A DNA stretch of 55,917 bases from a virus (taxonomy: Duplodnaviria; Caudoviricetes), in IMG/VR virus record IMGVR_UViG_3300037424_001329, positions 1 through 55,917 of that record. One strand, written 5' to 3'. Position 1 is the stretch's first letter; each line of letters begins with the position of its first letter. This document shows positions 44,514-52,563 of this stretch, piece by piece. The translations under genes and the position numbers were made by a program. The notes under the pieces are model-generated. The model saw nothing but the letters and a program-made list of their open reading frames with translations, made no database searches and was not told the origin of the DNA.

Positions 44514-47179
44514 CAGTCGACGCCAATGCACCATATACCGTATTCAACGGTGGAGTTATTGGCGATGAGGTGATGGCTCGCGTCACCATGGACGGCTACA
44601 CGGCCTGTGCCGAGAAGATGGACAACTGGCTTCCCTGGCCATCAGGCCCCATGTCCATGCGCCCCGGCCTCGGGATGCAGTTCGAGCTGCCAAATGACGC
44701 CCAGGCGTGGACACTGCCATTCGTCTATTCCGTGGCCTCCGGCGACAAATACATGATCCTCCTGCAGGACTACGTCATGAGGGTCGTCATGAACGGCGGC
44801 ATCATCGTGCGGCCGGCAGGGTTCACGGCCTGGACTGGAGATGTCTCCGCGGCCCTGACCAGCTGGACGGCGATCGGCGCTGGCGCCGCCGGGACAGGCT
44901 CCAGCATCACCCTTATCTCCGATGGCTCCACGAAGATAGGGCTGTACCAGCAGGTGGCCTGTGTGGCGAGTACGTCTGTCGCCCTAAACATCACCGTCAC
45001 GGATGGCCCGGTCCGCCTGCGCGTCGGGTCGCTCAACCAGTATGACGACTATATCGCCCAAACGGACCTTGGCACCGGCTACCACAGCCTGCAGTTCACG
45101 CCATCGACGGCCACCTACTGGGTCGAGCTGTCCACGACATCGGCGCGCCAGGTCAGTCTGGCCTCGATCGGCACAGCCACGGCCGGCGACCTGACGCTGC
45201 CGACGCCGTGGCCGCTGGCGACACTCCCCTCTTTGCGCTGGGAGGAGTCCGGCAACACGCTCTACGTCACGTCAGGCGCTGGGATCAAGCAGCGCATCGA
45301 GCGCCGCGGCCTGACCTCGTGGTCGATCGTAGACTCCGGCGAGATGAATGGGCCGATGCTGACCCAGAACGTCGACACCAGCGTCCTGATGACTCCGACG
45401 GTGAAGACCGGCGCTGGCGTGCTTGGGTGTTCGCAATACTACTTCACGGCGCAGCACGTCGGAGCGTTATTTGCCGTCACACACCAAGGTCAGTCAGTGG
45501 TTCAAAGTCTTGGCGGTAGCAGCCAGTTCACCAATGCGATAAAGGTGACGAACGTATCGGCGGCGCGCACCTTCTACTATTCTGTGTCTGGGACGTGGGC
45601 AGGCACCCTTACTCTGCAAAAATCAGTTGGTATTGAGGGCAATTGGCAGGACGTCAGCAATATCACGACGAATGTCAGTACGTCCCTGGCTGATGGTTTG
45701 GACAACCAGACCATCTACTACCGGATAGGGTTCAAGCCCAGCGCCTGGACGTCGGGCAGCGCCGCCATTTCCCTGACCTTCAGCCAGGGGTCGACGCGCG
45801 GCATTTGCCGGGTTACCGCTTTCTCCTCTCCTCAGTCCGTGAATATGGAGGTGATCAGCCAGTTCGGCGGCACGATCGCGTCGTACTACTGGGAAGAGGG
45901 GGCCTGGTCTGATTATCAGGGGCACCCAAAAGCTGTGGCTCTCTACGACGGCCGGCTCTGGAACCTCAAGCAGAACTGGGCTTATGGGTCAGACTCTGCA
46001 TCGTTCGAATCCTATACGGTGGGCGATGCCGACAACAATCAAGTGAATCGCCCAATTGGCGTTGGCAGTGTTAATCCAGTGGTTTGGGCAATTGGACTCG
46101 AACGCCTCATTATTGGGACAGAAGGGGCCGAACTCGTCATTCGCTCCACCAATCTCGACGATCCCGTCACCCCCACCAACAACACGCTGAAGCCCACGTC
46201 GACCATGGGGTCGGCCGACATCCAGGCCATCCGCGTCGACACCACGGCGCTATTCGTGGAGCGTTCAGGCATCAAGCTGATGGAGCTGGTGCCGTCAGGC
46301 ACCGCCATCGGCGGCGGCTACAACGTGGCCGACCTCTGCCGGCTCAACGAATTCATCGGCAAGCCCGGCATCACCCGTATTGCTCTCGCCCGCCAGCCGC
46401 ACCCGCGCGTCTTCGTCCTGCGCTCGGATGGAGTTCTGCTGGTCAAGCTGTACGCCACGGCGGAGAACGCCATGGGCTGGTCCACCATCATCACGGATGG
46501 CCTCATCGAAGACGTCTGTGTTCTCCCGGCCGACTCCGGCGGCGAGGATCAGGTGTATGTCATCGTGAACAGGACCATCGGGGCCGTCACGAAGCGCTTC
46601 ATGGAGCGCTTGAATCCTGTACGCTGGTCAACCGCTGCGGAGGTCAGCCAGGTGGACTGCTTCTATCGCTACGATGGGGTTCCTGTGAACACCATAACCG
46701 TTCCGTGGCTAGTCGGGAAGACCGTGGAGATTTGGGCGGACGGCGCGCGCAAGACGCCGCAGCTCGTGCCCGCCGGCGGCGTGCTGGCGTTGGACGGAAA
46801 CTACAGTGCCATCGCGGCCGGCCTCTCCTACACGGCGCAATACGTTTCCACCAAACCGGCCTTCGGCGCACAGCGCGGCACGGCTCTCGGCCAGCAAGCC
46901 AGGCCGACGCATGCGATATTCCTGCTGCTCCGCTCGTTTCCGCATCTATCCTACGGGCAGGACTTCACCCTGATGGACAGCCTGTCCGACAGTCTGGGCG
47001 ACAGATTCTATGACCCGCCCTACGATACGGCGACTGGCCTGACGACATCGACGACCGGCCAGTATGCGGTGCCTGGCCACCAGGACCGCGATCCGCGCAT
47101 GTGCCTGCAAGCGACAAGCCCCTATCCTGTAGCCCTCGCCGGCTACGTCTATGGTCATAGGCTGCAAGAGCGTGTCTGA
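44510..47179 (+). CDS. tail tubular protein B / nozzle (T7 gp12, P22 gp10-like)
   Basis: 'FNGG', 'GPMSMRPG', 'GHPKAVALYDGRL', 'GWS', beta-propeller-like; 889 aa; synteny. Confidence 0.82.
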   Translation: MTVDANAPYTVFNGGVIGDEVMARVTMDGYTACAEKMDNWLPWPSGPMSMRPGLGMQFELPNDAQAWTLPFVYSVASGDKYMILLQDYVMRVVMNGGIIVRPAGFTAWTGDVSAALTSWTAIGAGAAGTGSSITLISDGSTKIGLYQQVACVASTSVALNITVTDGPVRLRVGSLNQYDDYIAQTDLGTGYHSLQFTPSTATYWVELSTTSARQVSLASIGTATAGDLTLPTPWPLATLPSLRWEESGNTLYVTSGAGIKQRIERRGLTSWSIVDSGEMNGPMLTQNVDTSVLMTPTVKTGAGVLGCSQYYFTAQHVGALFAVTHQGQSVVQSLGGSSQFTNAIKVTNVSAARTFYYSVSGTWAGTLTLQKSVGIEGNWQDVSNITTNVSTSLADGLDNQTIYYRIGFKPSAWTSGSAAISLTFSQGSTRGICRVTAFSSPQSVNMEVISQFGGTIASYYWEEGAWSDYQGHPKAVALYDGRLWNLKQNWAYGSDSASFESYTVGDADNNQVNRPIGVGSVNPVVWAIGLERLIIGTEGAELVIRSTNLDDPVTPTNNTLKPTSTMGSADIQAIRVDTTALFVERSGIKLMELVPSGTAIGGGYNVADLCRLNEFIGKPGITRIALARQPHPRVFVLRSDGVLLVKLYATAENAMGWSTIITDGLIEDVCVLPADSGGEDQVYVIVNRTIGAVTKRFMERLNPVRWSTAAEVSQVDCFYRYDGVPVNTITVPWLVGKTVEIWADGARKTPQLVPAGGVLALDGNYSAIAAGLSYTAQYVSTKPAFGAQRGTALGQQARPTHAIFLLLRSFPHLSYGQDFTLMDSLSDSLGDRFYDPPYDTATGLTTSTTGQYAVPGHQDRDPRMCLQATSPYPVALAGYVYGHRLQERV

Positions 47180-47573
47180 GGCATTTCACATCAGGCCGCT
47201 GCTCCGGGAGGACGCTCCCTCGGAGAACATCCCAGAAGACATCCCCATCGTCGGCATGACCATGACCTCGCTGGATGGCGAGGTGCTTGCATACGCTGGT
47301 ATCATGACTTGGGGCGGGATGCACTTTGCCTTCTTCACCCGCAAGGAGGGCGTGCACCATCCTTTGGCTTTTTACCGTCTGACGCTGGACGGCATGGAGC
47401 GCTGCGAAAAACTTGGCTTCACGCCGATCTACGTCCTAGCTGACACAGACTATTCCACGGCAGAGCGCTGGCTGAAGAAACTCAGGTTTAGCCCCCTGGA
47501 GGACGACAAGAAAGATCAGATGGTCCGCATCATGGAAGAATACGCACAACGCAAAATATGGGTGCGCATGTGA
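47172..47573 (+). CDS. T7 gp13-like putative acetyltransferase; last codons altered by the IS
   Basis: 'AERWLKKLRF' GNAT-like C-terminal motif; synteny; the stop codon lies within the IS end. Confidence 0.6.
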   Translation: MSEAFHIRPLLREDAPSENIPEDIPIVGMTMTSLDGEVLAYAGIMTWGGMHFAFFTRKEGVHHPLAFYRLTLDGMERCEKLGFTPIYVLADTDYSTAERWLKKLRFSPLEDDKKDQMVRIMEEYAQRKIWVRM

Positions 47574-47700
47574 ACCACCGCCCGCTGAAGCAGGCGGCTT
47601 CTGAGTCAATCTAGGCGGCAACCCGCTGGATTAACGACCCAAGGCCCATCCCAGGCCGGAAACCGAAAGCTCTGACATGTACAACAATCGCCGAGGCCGT
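47570..47700 (-). ncRNA. predicted TnpB omegaRNA/reRNA scaffold (5' limit uncertain); guide from the flank ~47550-47569
   Basis: Established for IS200/IS605 TnpB: the scaffold overlaps the tnpB 3' end and right end, and the guide is the adjacent flank. Confidence 0.5.
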
Positions 47701-48741
47701 ATCGCGAGGCATGACACAGCCGCAAGGGCAGCGGTGCATGCGCTCGGCGAGCGTCTTCTTGGCGATTGCGCCGCAGTCAGGGCATGCTTGAGATGTGCGG
47801 CGCGGATCGACTTTCTCGACGATGCCACCAGCATTTTCAGCTTTGTAGCTCGTGAAGGAAACGATTTGGCCCCAGGCCGCGTCATTGATGTGCTTGGCGA
47901 GCATCCCGGCCGCCAAGCCCTTGATGTTAAGGTCTTCGAAGGCGATGCGGCCGAACCGGCGGACCAGATCGCGGGAAACTTTGTGGCTGTAGTCGCGGCG
48001 CGCGGCGGCGATGTGAGCTTGAACCTTGGCGACGGCGGCCTTGCGCTGGCGCCGGACGCGCGAGCCGCGCTTGCACCGCGCCAGTGCGCGCTGAAGGCGC
48101 CGAAGCTTGCGGGCGTTGCGTTTGGTGATGCCAGGGCGGGCGATCATCTCGCCGGTGGACAGCGCGGCGAGCGCGGTCAGGCCGAGGTCTATGCCGGCGC
48201 TCTCAGGGCGCGGCGGCCCGTATTGCTCTGCCACCTCAACGTGGAAAATTACATACCAGCGGCCAGCGGAGCGAGAGAGGATCGCGGACTTCGGCGCGCT
48301 GGGCAGGGCACGGTGCCAGCGGACTTTGACCTCGCCGGGCACACCGACAAAACGGAGCTTTCCGCTCTTGCGAATGTTCAGTCCATCTCCGACGCGGAAA
48401 TCGGCGGCGTGGTAGCGGTCGTGCGAACGGAAGCGCGGAAATCCAGCCTTAGCGCCGCGCTTCATGCGGCCGAAGAACGCCGAGTACGCCTTGTCGAGGC
48501 GGCGGAGAACCTGTTGTTGCGCCGTCGCGGACCACCGGCCATGTGTTTCGGCGAGGTCGCGGCGGATTTCTGGAAGCGCGGTGATCTGCTCGTGGCTGCG
48601 GACGCTGACGCCGCGCCGGAACGCGCCGATGCGATGCTCCAAGGCGGCGTTGTAGAGCTGGCAAAAATCGGCGAGCATCGCGGACAGCGCAGCAACCTGC
48701 GTTTTGTTCGGCTCGATCCGATATTTGTAGCTCAAGATCAC
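47611..48741 (-). CDS. tnpB: RNA-guided endonuclease TnpB
   Basis: N-terminal 'YKYRIEP...LYNAAL', RuvC-I GIDLG, RuvC-II FEDL, CPDC/CPC zinc finger, RuvC-III RD. Confidence 0.95.
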   Translation of the reverse strand: MILSYKYRIEPNKTQVAALSAMLADFCQLYNAALEHRIGAFRRGVSVRSHEQITALPEIRRDLAETHGRWSATAQQQVLRRLDKAYSAFFGRMKRGAKAGFPRFRSHDRYHAADFRVGDGLNIRKSGKLRFVGVPGEVKVRWHRALPSAPKSAILSRSAGRWYVIFHVEVAEQYGPPRPESAGIDLGLTALAALSTGEMIARPGITKRNARKLRRLQRALARCKRGSRVRRQRKAAVAKVQAHIAAARRDYSHKVSRDLVRRFGRIAFEDLNIKGLAAGMLAKHINDAAWGQIVSFTSYKAENAGGIVEKVDPRRTSQACPDCGAIAKKTLAERMHRCPCGCVMPRDTASAIVVHVRAFGFRPGMGLGSLIQRVAA

Positions 48742-48744
48742 GGA

Positions 48745-48882
48745 TCAGCGGCCTTCGCGGTAGGTGTCAACGATGCGCCGAATCAAATCCGACACGGTAA
48801 TGCCAAGCCTTTCGGCCTCCACTTCTAGGAATCTTGCTTGCGGTTCCGTGAGTGTCACAGACTGGCGTTTGGTGGTGCTCAT
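48745..48882 (-). CDS. CopG/ribbon-helix-helix protein (45 aa; not in the ORF track)
   Basis: MSTTKRQSVTLTEPQARFLEVEAERLGITVSDLIRRIVDTYREGR. Confidence 0.75.
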   Translation of the reverse strand: MSTTKRQSVTLTEPQARFLEVEAERLGITVSDLIRRIVDTYREGR

Positions 48883-48888
48883 GCGGTG

Positions 48889-48917
48889 AATGTAGCCACC
48901 ACATTAGAAATTGTCAA
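48889..48917 (-). promoter_or_regulatory. IS promoter with overlapping inverted repeat
   Basis: TTGACA-N17-TACATT; AATGT-N7-ACATT at 48889-48905. Confidence 0.65.
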
Positions 48918-48987
48918 CCACAGAAAAACGAGAAAGGGCGCGCATTCCCCCGTCAGCTAAAGCAGACGGTCCCTTGCGCGAAAAAAT

Positions 48988-49479
48988 ATGGCAGCACTAA
49001 TGCTCGTAGGTATGGCCATCAGCGCGGCCTCTACCTATATGCAAGCCCAAGGGCAAGCCGCCGCCCAGAAGGGGCAGGCGAACGCAGACTATGCTGCCGC
49101 CAGAGAGCAGACCGCCGCCGGCACCCAAAATGCATCGAACGCTGCTTACAATACCGAGAAGTACACCATCGGAACCGCGATTGCAAGGGCTGCGTCATCT
49201 GGGGGTGGCACTCTATCCGGATCGAGCGCCGATGTCGTCGGCAGCCTGGCCGGGAAGAACGTTTTCAACGCCGAAACGACCATGGCCAACGCCGAAAATG
49301 CGTCAAAGCGGCTGCAGTATCAAGGTGACCTGGCGATGATGGCCGCCAAGCAAACCAAAGCCGCCATGCCTTGGGCGATTGCCAGTCAGGTGGTGACGGG
49401 CCTGACCAAGTTCGGTTCGTCCACCGGCAGCTTCAGCGCACCCGCCCAATCCCAATCCTCCCCCTACAGATACGGCTGA
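48988..49479 (+). CDS. internal virion protein A (T7 gp14-like)
   Basis: Hydrophobic N-terminus, Ala/Gln-rich, 'AASSGG.LSGSS'; synteny. Confidence 0.7.
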   Translation: MAALMLVGMAISAASTYMQAQGQAAAQKGQANADYAAAREQTAAGTQNASNAAYNTEKYTIGTAIARAASSGGGTLSGSSADVVGSLAGKNVFNAETTMANAENASKRLQYQGDLAMMAAKQTKAAMPWAIASQVVTGLTKFGSSTGSFSAPAQSQSSPYRYG

Positions 49480-49485
49480 CCCCTC

Positions 49486-52400
49486 ATGGCTGTCCTTCCC
49501 AATGCCTCCATGCTGCAGAGCGAGCAGACGGTAGCGCCGCGATACCGCGCGCAAGTACCAAAGGACCTGTTCTCGGCCGTCCCCCATGCCATCGGCAGCC
49601 TCGGTGAATCCCTGATGAATGCCGGCATTGCCGCTGAGGCGCAGCAGAAGCAGGGCAAGGACTACGAGCTTGCCAAAAGATGGAACGACTTTCAGGCTGA
49701 ACGGAATAAGGACTACCAGGACGCACAGGAAGGTCTTGACCAGAACGCCCTCCCTGACGGCTTCGCCGACGGCGTAAGCCAGAGGTACGAGGAGAAAGCC
49801 CGTGAGTTTTTCAAGGACGTTCCGGAAAACAAGAGGCCGGAGTTCGACTTTAAACTCGACACCCTGCACAAAAAGCAGGTCCGCGACGCCGCGAGCGATG
49901 AGCAGAATCTGCGCGACAGCTACTACACGAAGGACGCCTCGTCCCGGCTGAACAACTACGGCCTAAAGTTGTCGCAGGACCCCAGCCAGCACGACGCCAT
50001 CACCCAGCAAGCCAGGGCCGAGGTGGACGCCCTGCCGCTGGCGCCGGCGAAGAAGCAGAAGCTGTACGACTCGTTCGCCAAGTTCGACGAGATCGCCGTT
50101 GAGCACCGCCTGCGTCTGGGTGATGCCCCGGAGGATATCAAAAAGGACTTGATGCCCCAGGAGACTGGCGCTCCTGCAGGCTCGCTCCCGGTTGGACCGG
50201 CGTTCATCTCCACATCCCTTGAGACGAGGGAGACTGATCCCATCAAGGGGATCGGGAGCATTGCCTCTGACACCAATGGCAGCACGTCATACGGGAACGT
50301 CGGCCTAAACTCTCAGAAAGGCGGCAGCGCCTGGAACTTCCGGGACACTCGCGGCGAGGCCCTTGGGATCACCGCTGACCCTGGAACACCGGAATTTGAC
50401 GACCAGTGGAAGGCCGCGGCGAAGGACAATGCTCCAGCCCTGGCTGCTGCGGAAAATGACTGGTGGCAAAAGAATGTAGCTAGCAAGGTCGGCGATCATC
50501 TGAACAAGGCCGGAGCCGGACAATTCGCCTCAGACCCGAGGGTACAGACGTATTTCGCAGATCGCGAAGTTCAGCAAGGGCCCAGCTCTACCACCCTCCA
50601 CAACGACCGCGTTAAGCAGGCAGCCAAAGCCGCGGGCGGAGACCCGGTGAAGTTTCTTGAGGCCATGAGCGAGGCCGACAGGGGGAAGGTGTCAGGGGAT
50701 TTCAGCAGCTATCTCAGAGACAATCCGGACAATAAAGGCGGCCTGGAGAACCGGGTCGACAACCGGCTGAAGCTATCCCTGCAGGTTCAAGGAGGCGCAC
50801 CGGCCGTTCCTGGAAGGGAGTCTGACGACGGGTCGTTCCAAGTGCCTGGACTCGACGTAAGGAAGAAGTTCAGCCCCGACGGCAGCTACGGCGTAGCGGC
50901 AACGAACAGTGCCGAACCATTCAAGGGGATCGTTGTCCACGCTACGGGGGACGATAAGGGATCTGACGCTGACCAGGTAAACTACGGCCAGCGCAAGGAC
51001 GCTTCCCGCGGCGGGTCATTCGGCTACCACTTCTACATCGGCAAGGATGGAGCGGTATACCAGGGCGCTCCCATGGACGCCCGCACCAACCACATTATGC
51101 CGATGGCGTCGGGAGAGCGGCAGAGCAGCGACAGCGGCGGCAGCATCCCGCTCGATAACAAGAATGCCATCGGTGTGTCCTTTATCGGCAGTGAAGGCAG
51201 CGAGACCCCGAAGCAGATAGCGTCGTTCCAGAGGCTGGCGGCGTCCCTCGGTTCCACATACAAGTTCGATCCCCACGCATCGACCTTTGGCCATGGCGAG
51301 CTGCAGGGAAACAAAATGGCGAGTGAGGGTGCGAAAGCCATCGCAGCCCTAAGGGAAGGCGCGCCGGTTCCGTATGAGGGGCAGGCCCAGTCAAAATATC
51401 CCCACCTCACCTCTGAAGGCCGCATGAAGCTCCTGCAGAAGGTGACGGATGCCTCCCGGCAGCAGCACCTTGAGGCAGTGAACAACGGCATCGAGTCTAT
51501 CCGGCAGACGGGTGAAGCGCCTGTATTCGACGACGGCAAGACTGCGCTCGACCGCGCCAAGTTGTCCCAGTCGCTGACGCCAAAACAGATCGAGCAGTAC
51601 ACCCAGAAGTGGGGGGCTGCCCAGCTCGAACACAAAATGATCGGCGGCCTGGAGGGGATGAGCCCAGACGAGATGGGCGCCCACCTTGAGCAGTTCACGC
51701 CTGATCCAAAATCCCCGGACTACAAGGCCATGGTGGATGCGCAAAAGCGCGCCGAGGCCGCACAGACAAAAATTCTCTCCATGCGTGATAAGGACCCAGC
51801 CCTGGCCGTGAACGGTCTCGGTGAAGTGCAGCAGGCGTACCGTGAGCTGGAGCAGCGCCGCAACCCCATTACGACCATCGCCGGGGTGCAAGTGGATCAG
51901 CCGGTGATCTCCTCCAGAGATGCCTGGAGCAACTTGATCTCCGCCCGGCTGGCGGCTCAGAGTAAGGTGGGCATCTCGCCCAACGCACAGTCTCCCATCA
52001 CCTACAAGGAGGCCGAAGACCTCCTTGCCCTGGGCAAAAGCCCGGACGCAACCCTGGCAACCATGGACCCGAATGAGGCGGTGGACAAGCTTCGGGATGC
52101 TGCGTCGCGCGCGCAGCTTAAATTCGGCCCTGAGTATGGATCCCAAGCATTTCAGGCGGCGGCCCGCATGATGCTCAAGGGCCAGAATAACCGTCAGGAA
52201 GCCGCAGGGATGATCGCTACCATCGCCAGCGGCAAGGCCCTCACCGGCCGGGATATCGCCGCCTACGAGCAGGAGAAGACCCTCATGCCCATGCGCCAAT
52301 TCGGCCAGGTGCTCGGCGGGGAGGTGGGGCAGACGGCATCCGAATCTCCCTTCACGCGCCCGTCGCCGCAGCCGCCGCTGCCGACGCCGGAGCAGATCAA

Positions 52401-52563
52401 GATGATTCAGCAGAACCGGGACAAGTGGCGCGAGATCGACGCGGTATTTGGGCCGGGGACCACGGCGCGGGCGCTGCAGACCGACCTGTCGGCCAAGCCG
52501 CAGGCGCCGAAGAAGGCACAGGGCTGGTCGATTTCGAACCTTTGGGGTGGTGGAGACGAATGA
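49486..52563 (+). CDS. internal virion (ejection) protein with lysozyme-like and Amidase_2 domains
   Basis: Helical termini; 'LETRE...D.NG.TSYG' region; 'IVVHAT...GYHFYIGKDGAVYQG...NKNAIGVSF...FGHGE'. Confidence 0.75.
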   Translation: MAVLPNASMLQSEQTVAPRYRAQVPKDLFSAVPHAIGSLGESLMNAGIAAEAQQKQGKDYELAKRWNDFQAERNKDYQDAQEGLDQNALPDGFADGVSQRYEEKAREFFKDVPENKRPEFDFKLDTLHKKQVRDAASDEQNLRDSYYTKDASSRLNNYGLKLSQDPSQHDAITQQARAEVDALPLAPAKKQKLYDSFAKFDEIAVEHRLRLGDAPEDIKKDLMPQETGAPAGSLPVGPAFISTSLETRETDPIKGIGSIASDTNGSTSYGNVGLNSQKGGSAWNFRDTRGEALGITADPGTPEFDDQWKAAAKDNAPALAAAENDWWQKNVASKVGDHLNKAGAGQFASDPRVQTYFADREVQQGPSSTTLHNDRVKQAAKAAGGDPVKFLEAMSEADRGKVSGDFSSYLRDNPDNKGGLENRVDNRLKLSLQVQGGAPAVPGRESDDGSFQVPGLDVRKKFSPDGSYGVAATNSAEPFKGIVVHATGDDKGSDADQVNYGQRKDASRGGSFGYHFYIGKDGAVYQGAPMDARTNHIMPMASGERQSSDSGGSIPLDNKNAIGVSFIGSEGSETPKQIASFQRLAASLGSTYKFDPHASTFGHGELQGNKMASEGAKAIAALREGAPVPYEGQAQSKYPHLTSEGRMKLLQKVTDASRQQHLEAVNNGIESIRQTGEAPVFDDGKTALDRAKLSQSLTPKQIEQYTQKWGAAQLEHKMIGGLEGMSPDEMGAHLEQFTPDPKSPDYKAMVDAQKRAEAAQTKILSMRDKDPALAVNGLGEVQQAYRELEQRRNPITTIAGVQVDQPVISSRDAWSNLISARLAAQSKVGISPNAQSPITYKEAEDLLALGKSPDATLATMDPNEAVDKLRDAASRAQLKFGPEYGSQAFQAAARMMLKGQNNRQEAAGMIATIASGKALTGRDIAAYEQEKTLMPMRQFGQVLGGEVGQTASESPFTRPSPQPPLPTPEQIKMIQQNRDKWREIDAVFGPGTTARALQTDLSAKPQAPKKAQGWSISNLWGGGDE

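Larger units (their letters stand above)
47570..48987 (-). mobile_element. non-autonomous IS200/IS605-family element (RHH + tnpB, no tnpA)
   Basis: Left-end hairpin CCGTCTGC-TTTA-GCTGACGG after CCAT; right-end hairpin CCGCCTGC-TTCA-GCGGGCGG ending GGTTCAC; no obvious target duplication. Confidence 0.8.

Noticed and set aside
46084-47013. 309-aa alternative-frame ORF inside tail tube B
   Set aside because: Arg/His-rich off-frame reading of a GC-biased gene with no RBS.
47677-48828. 383-aa plus-strand ORF
   Set aside because: Antisense shadow of tnpB.
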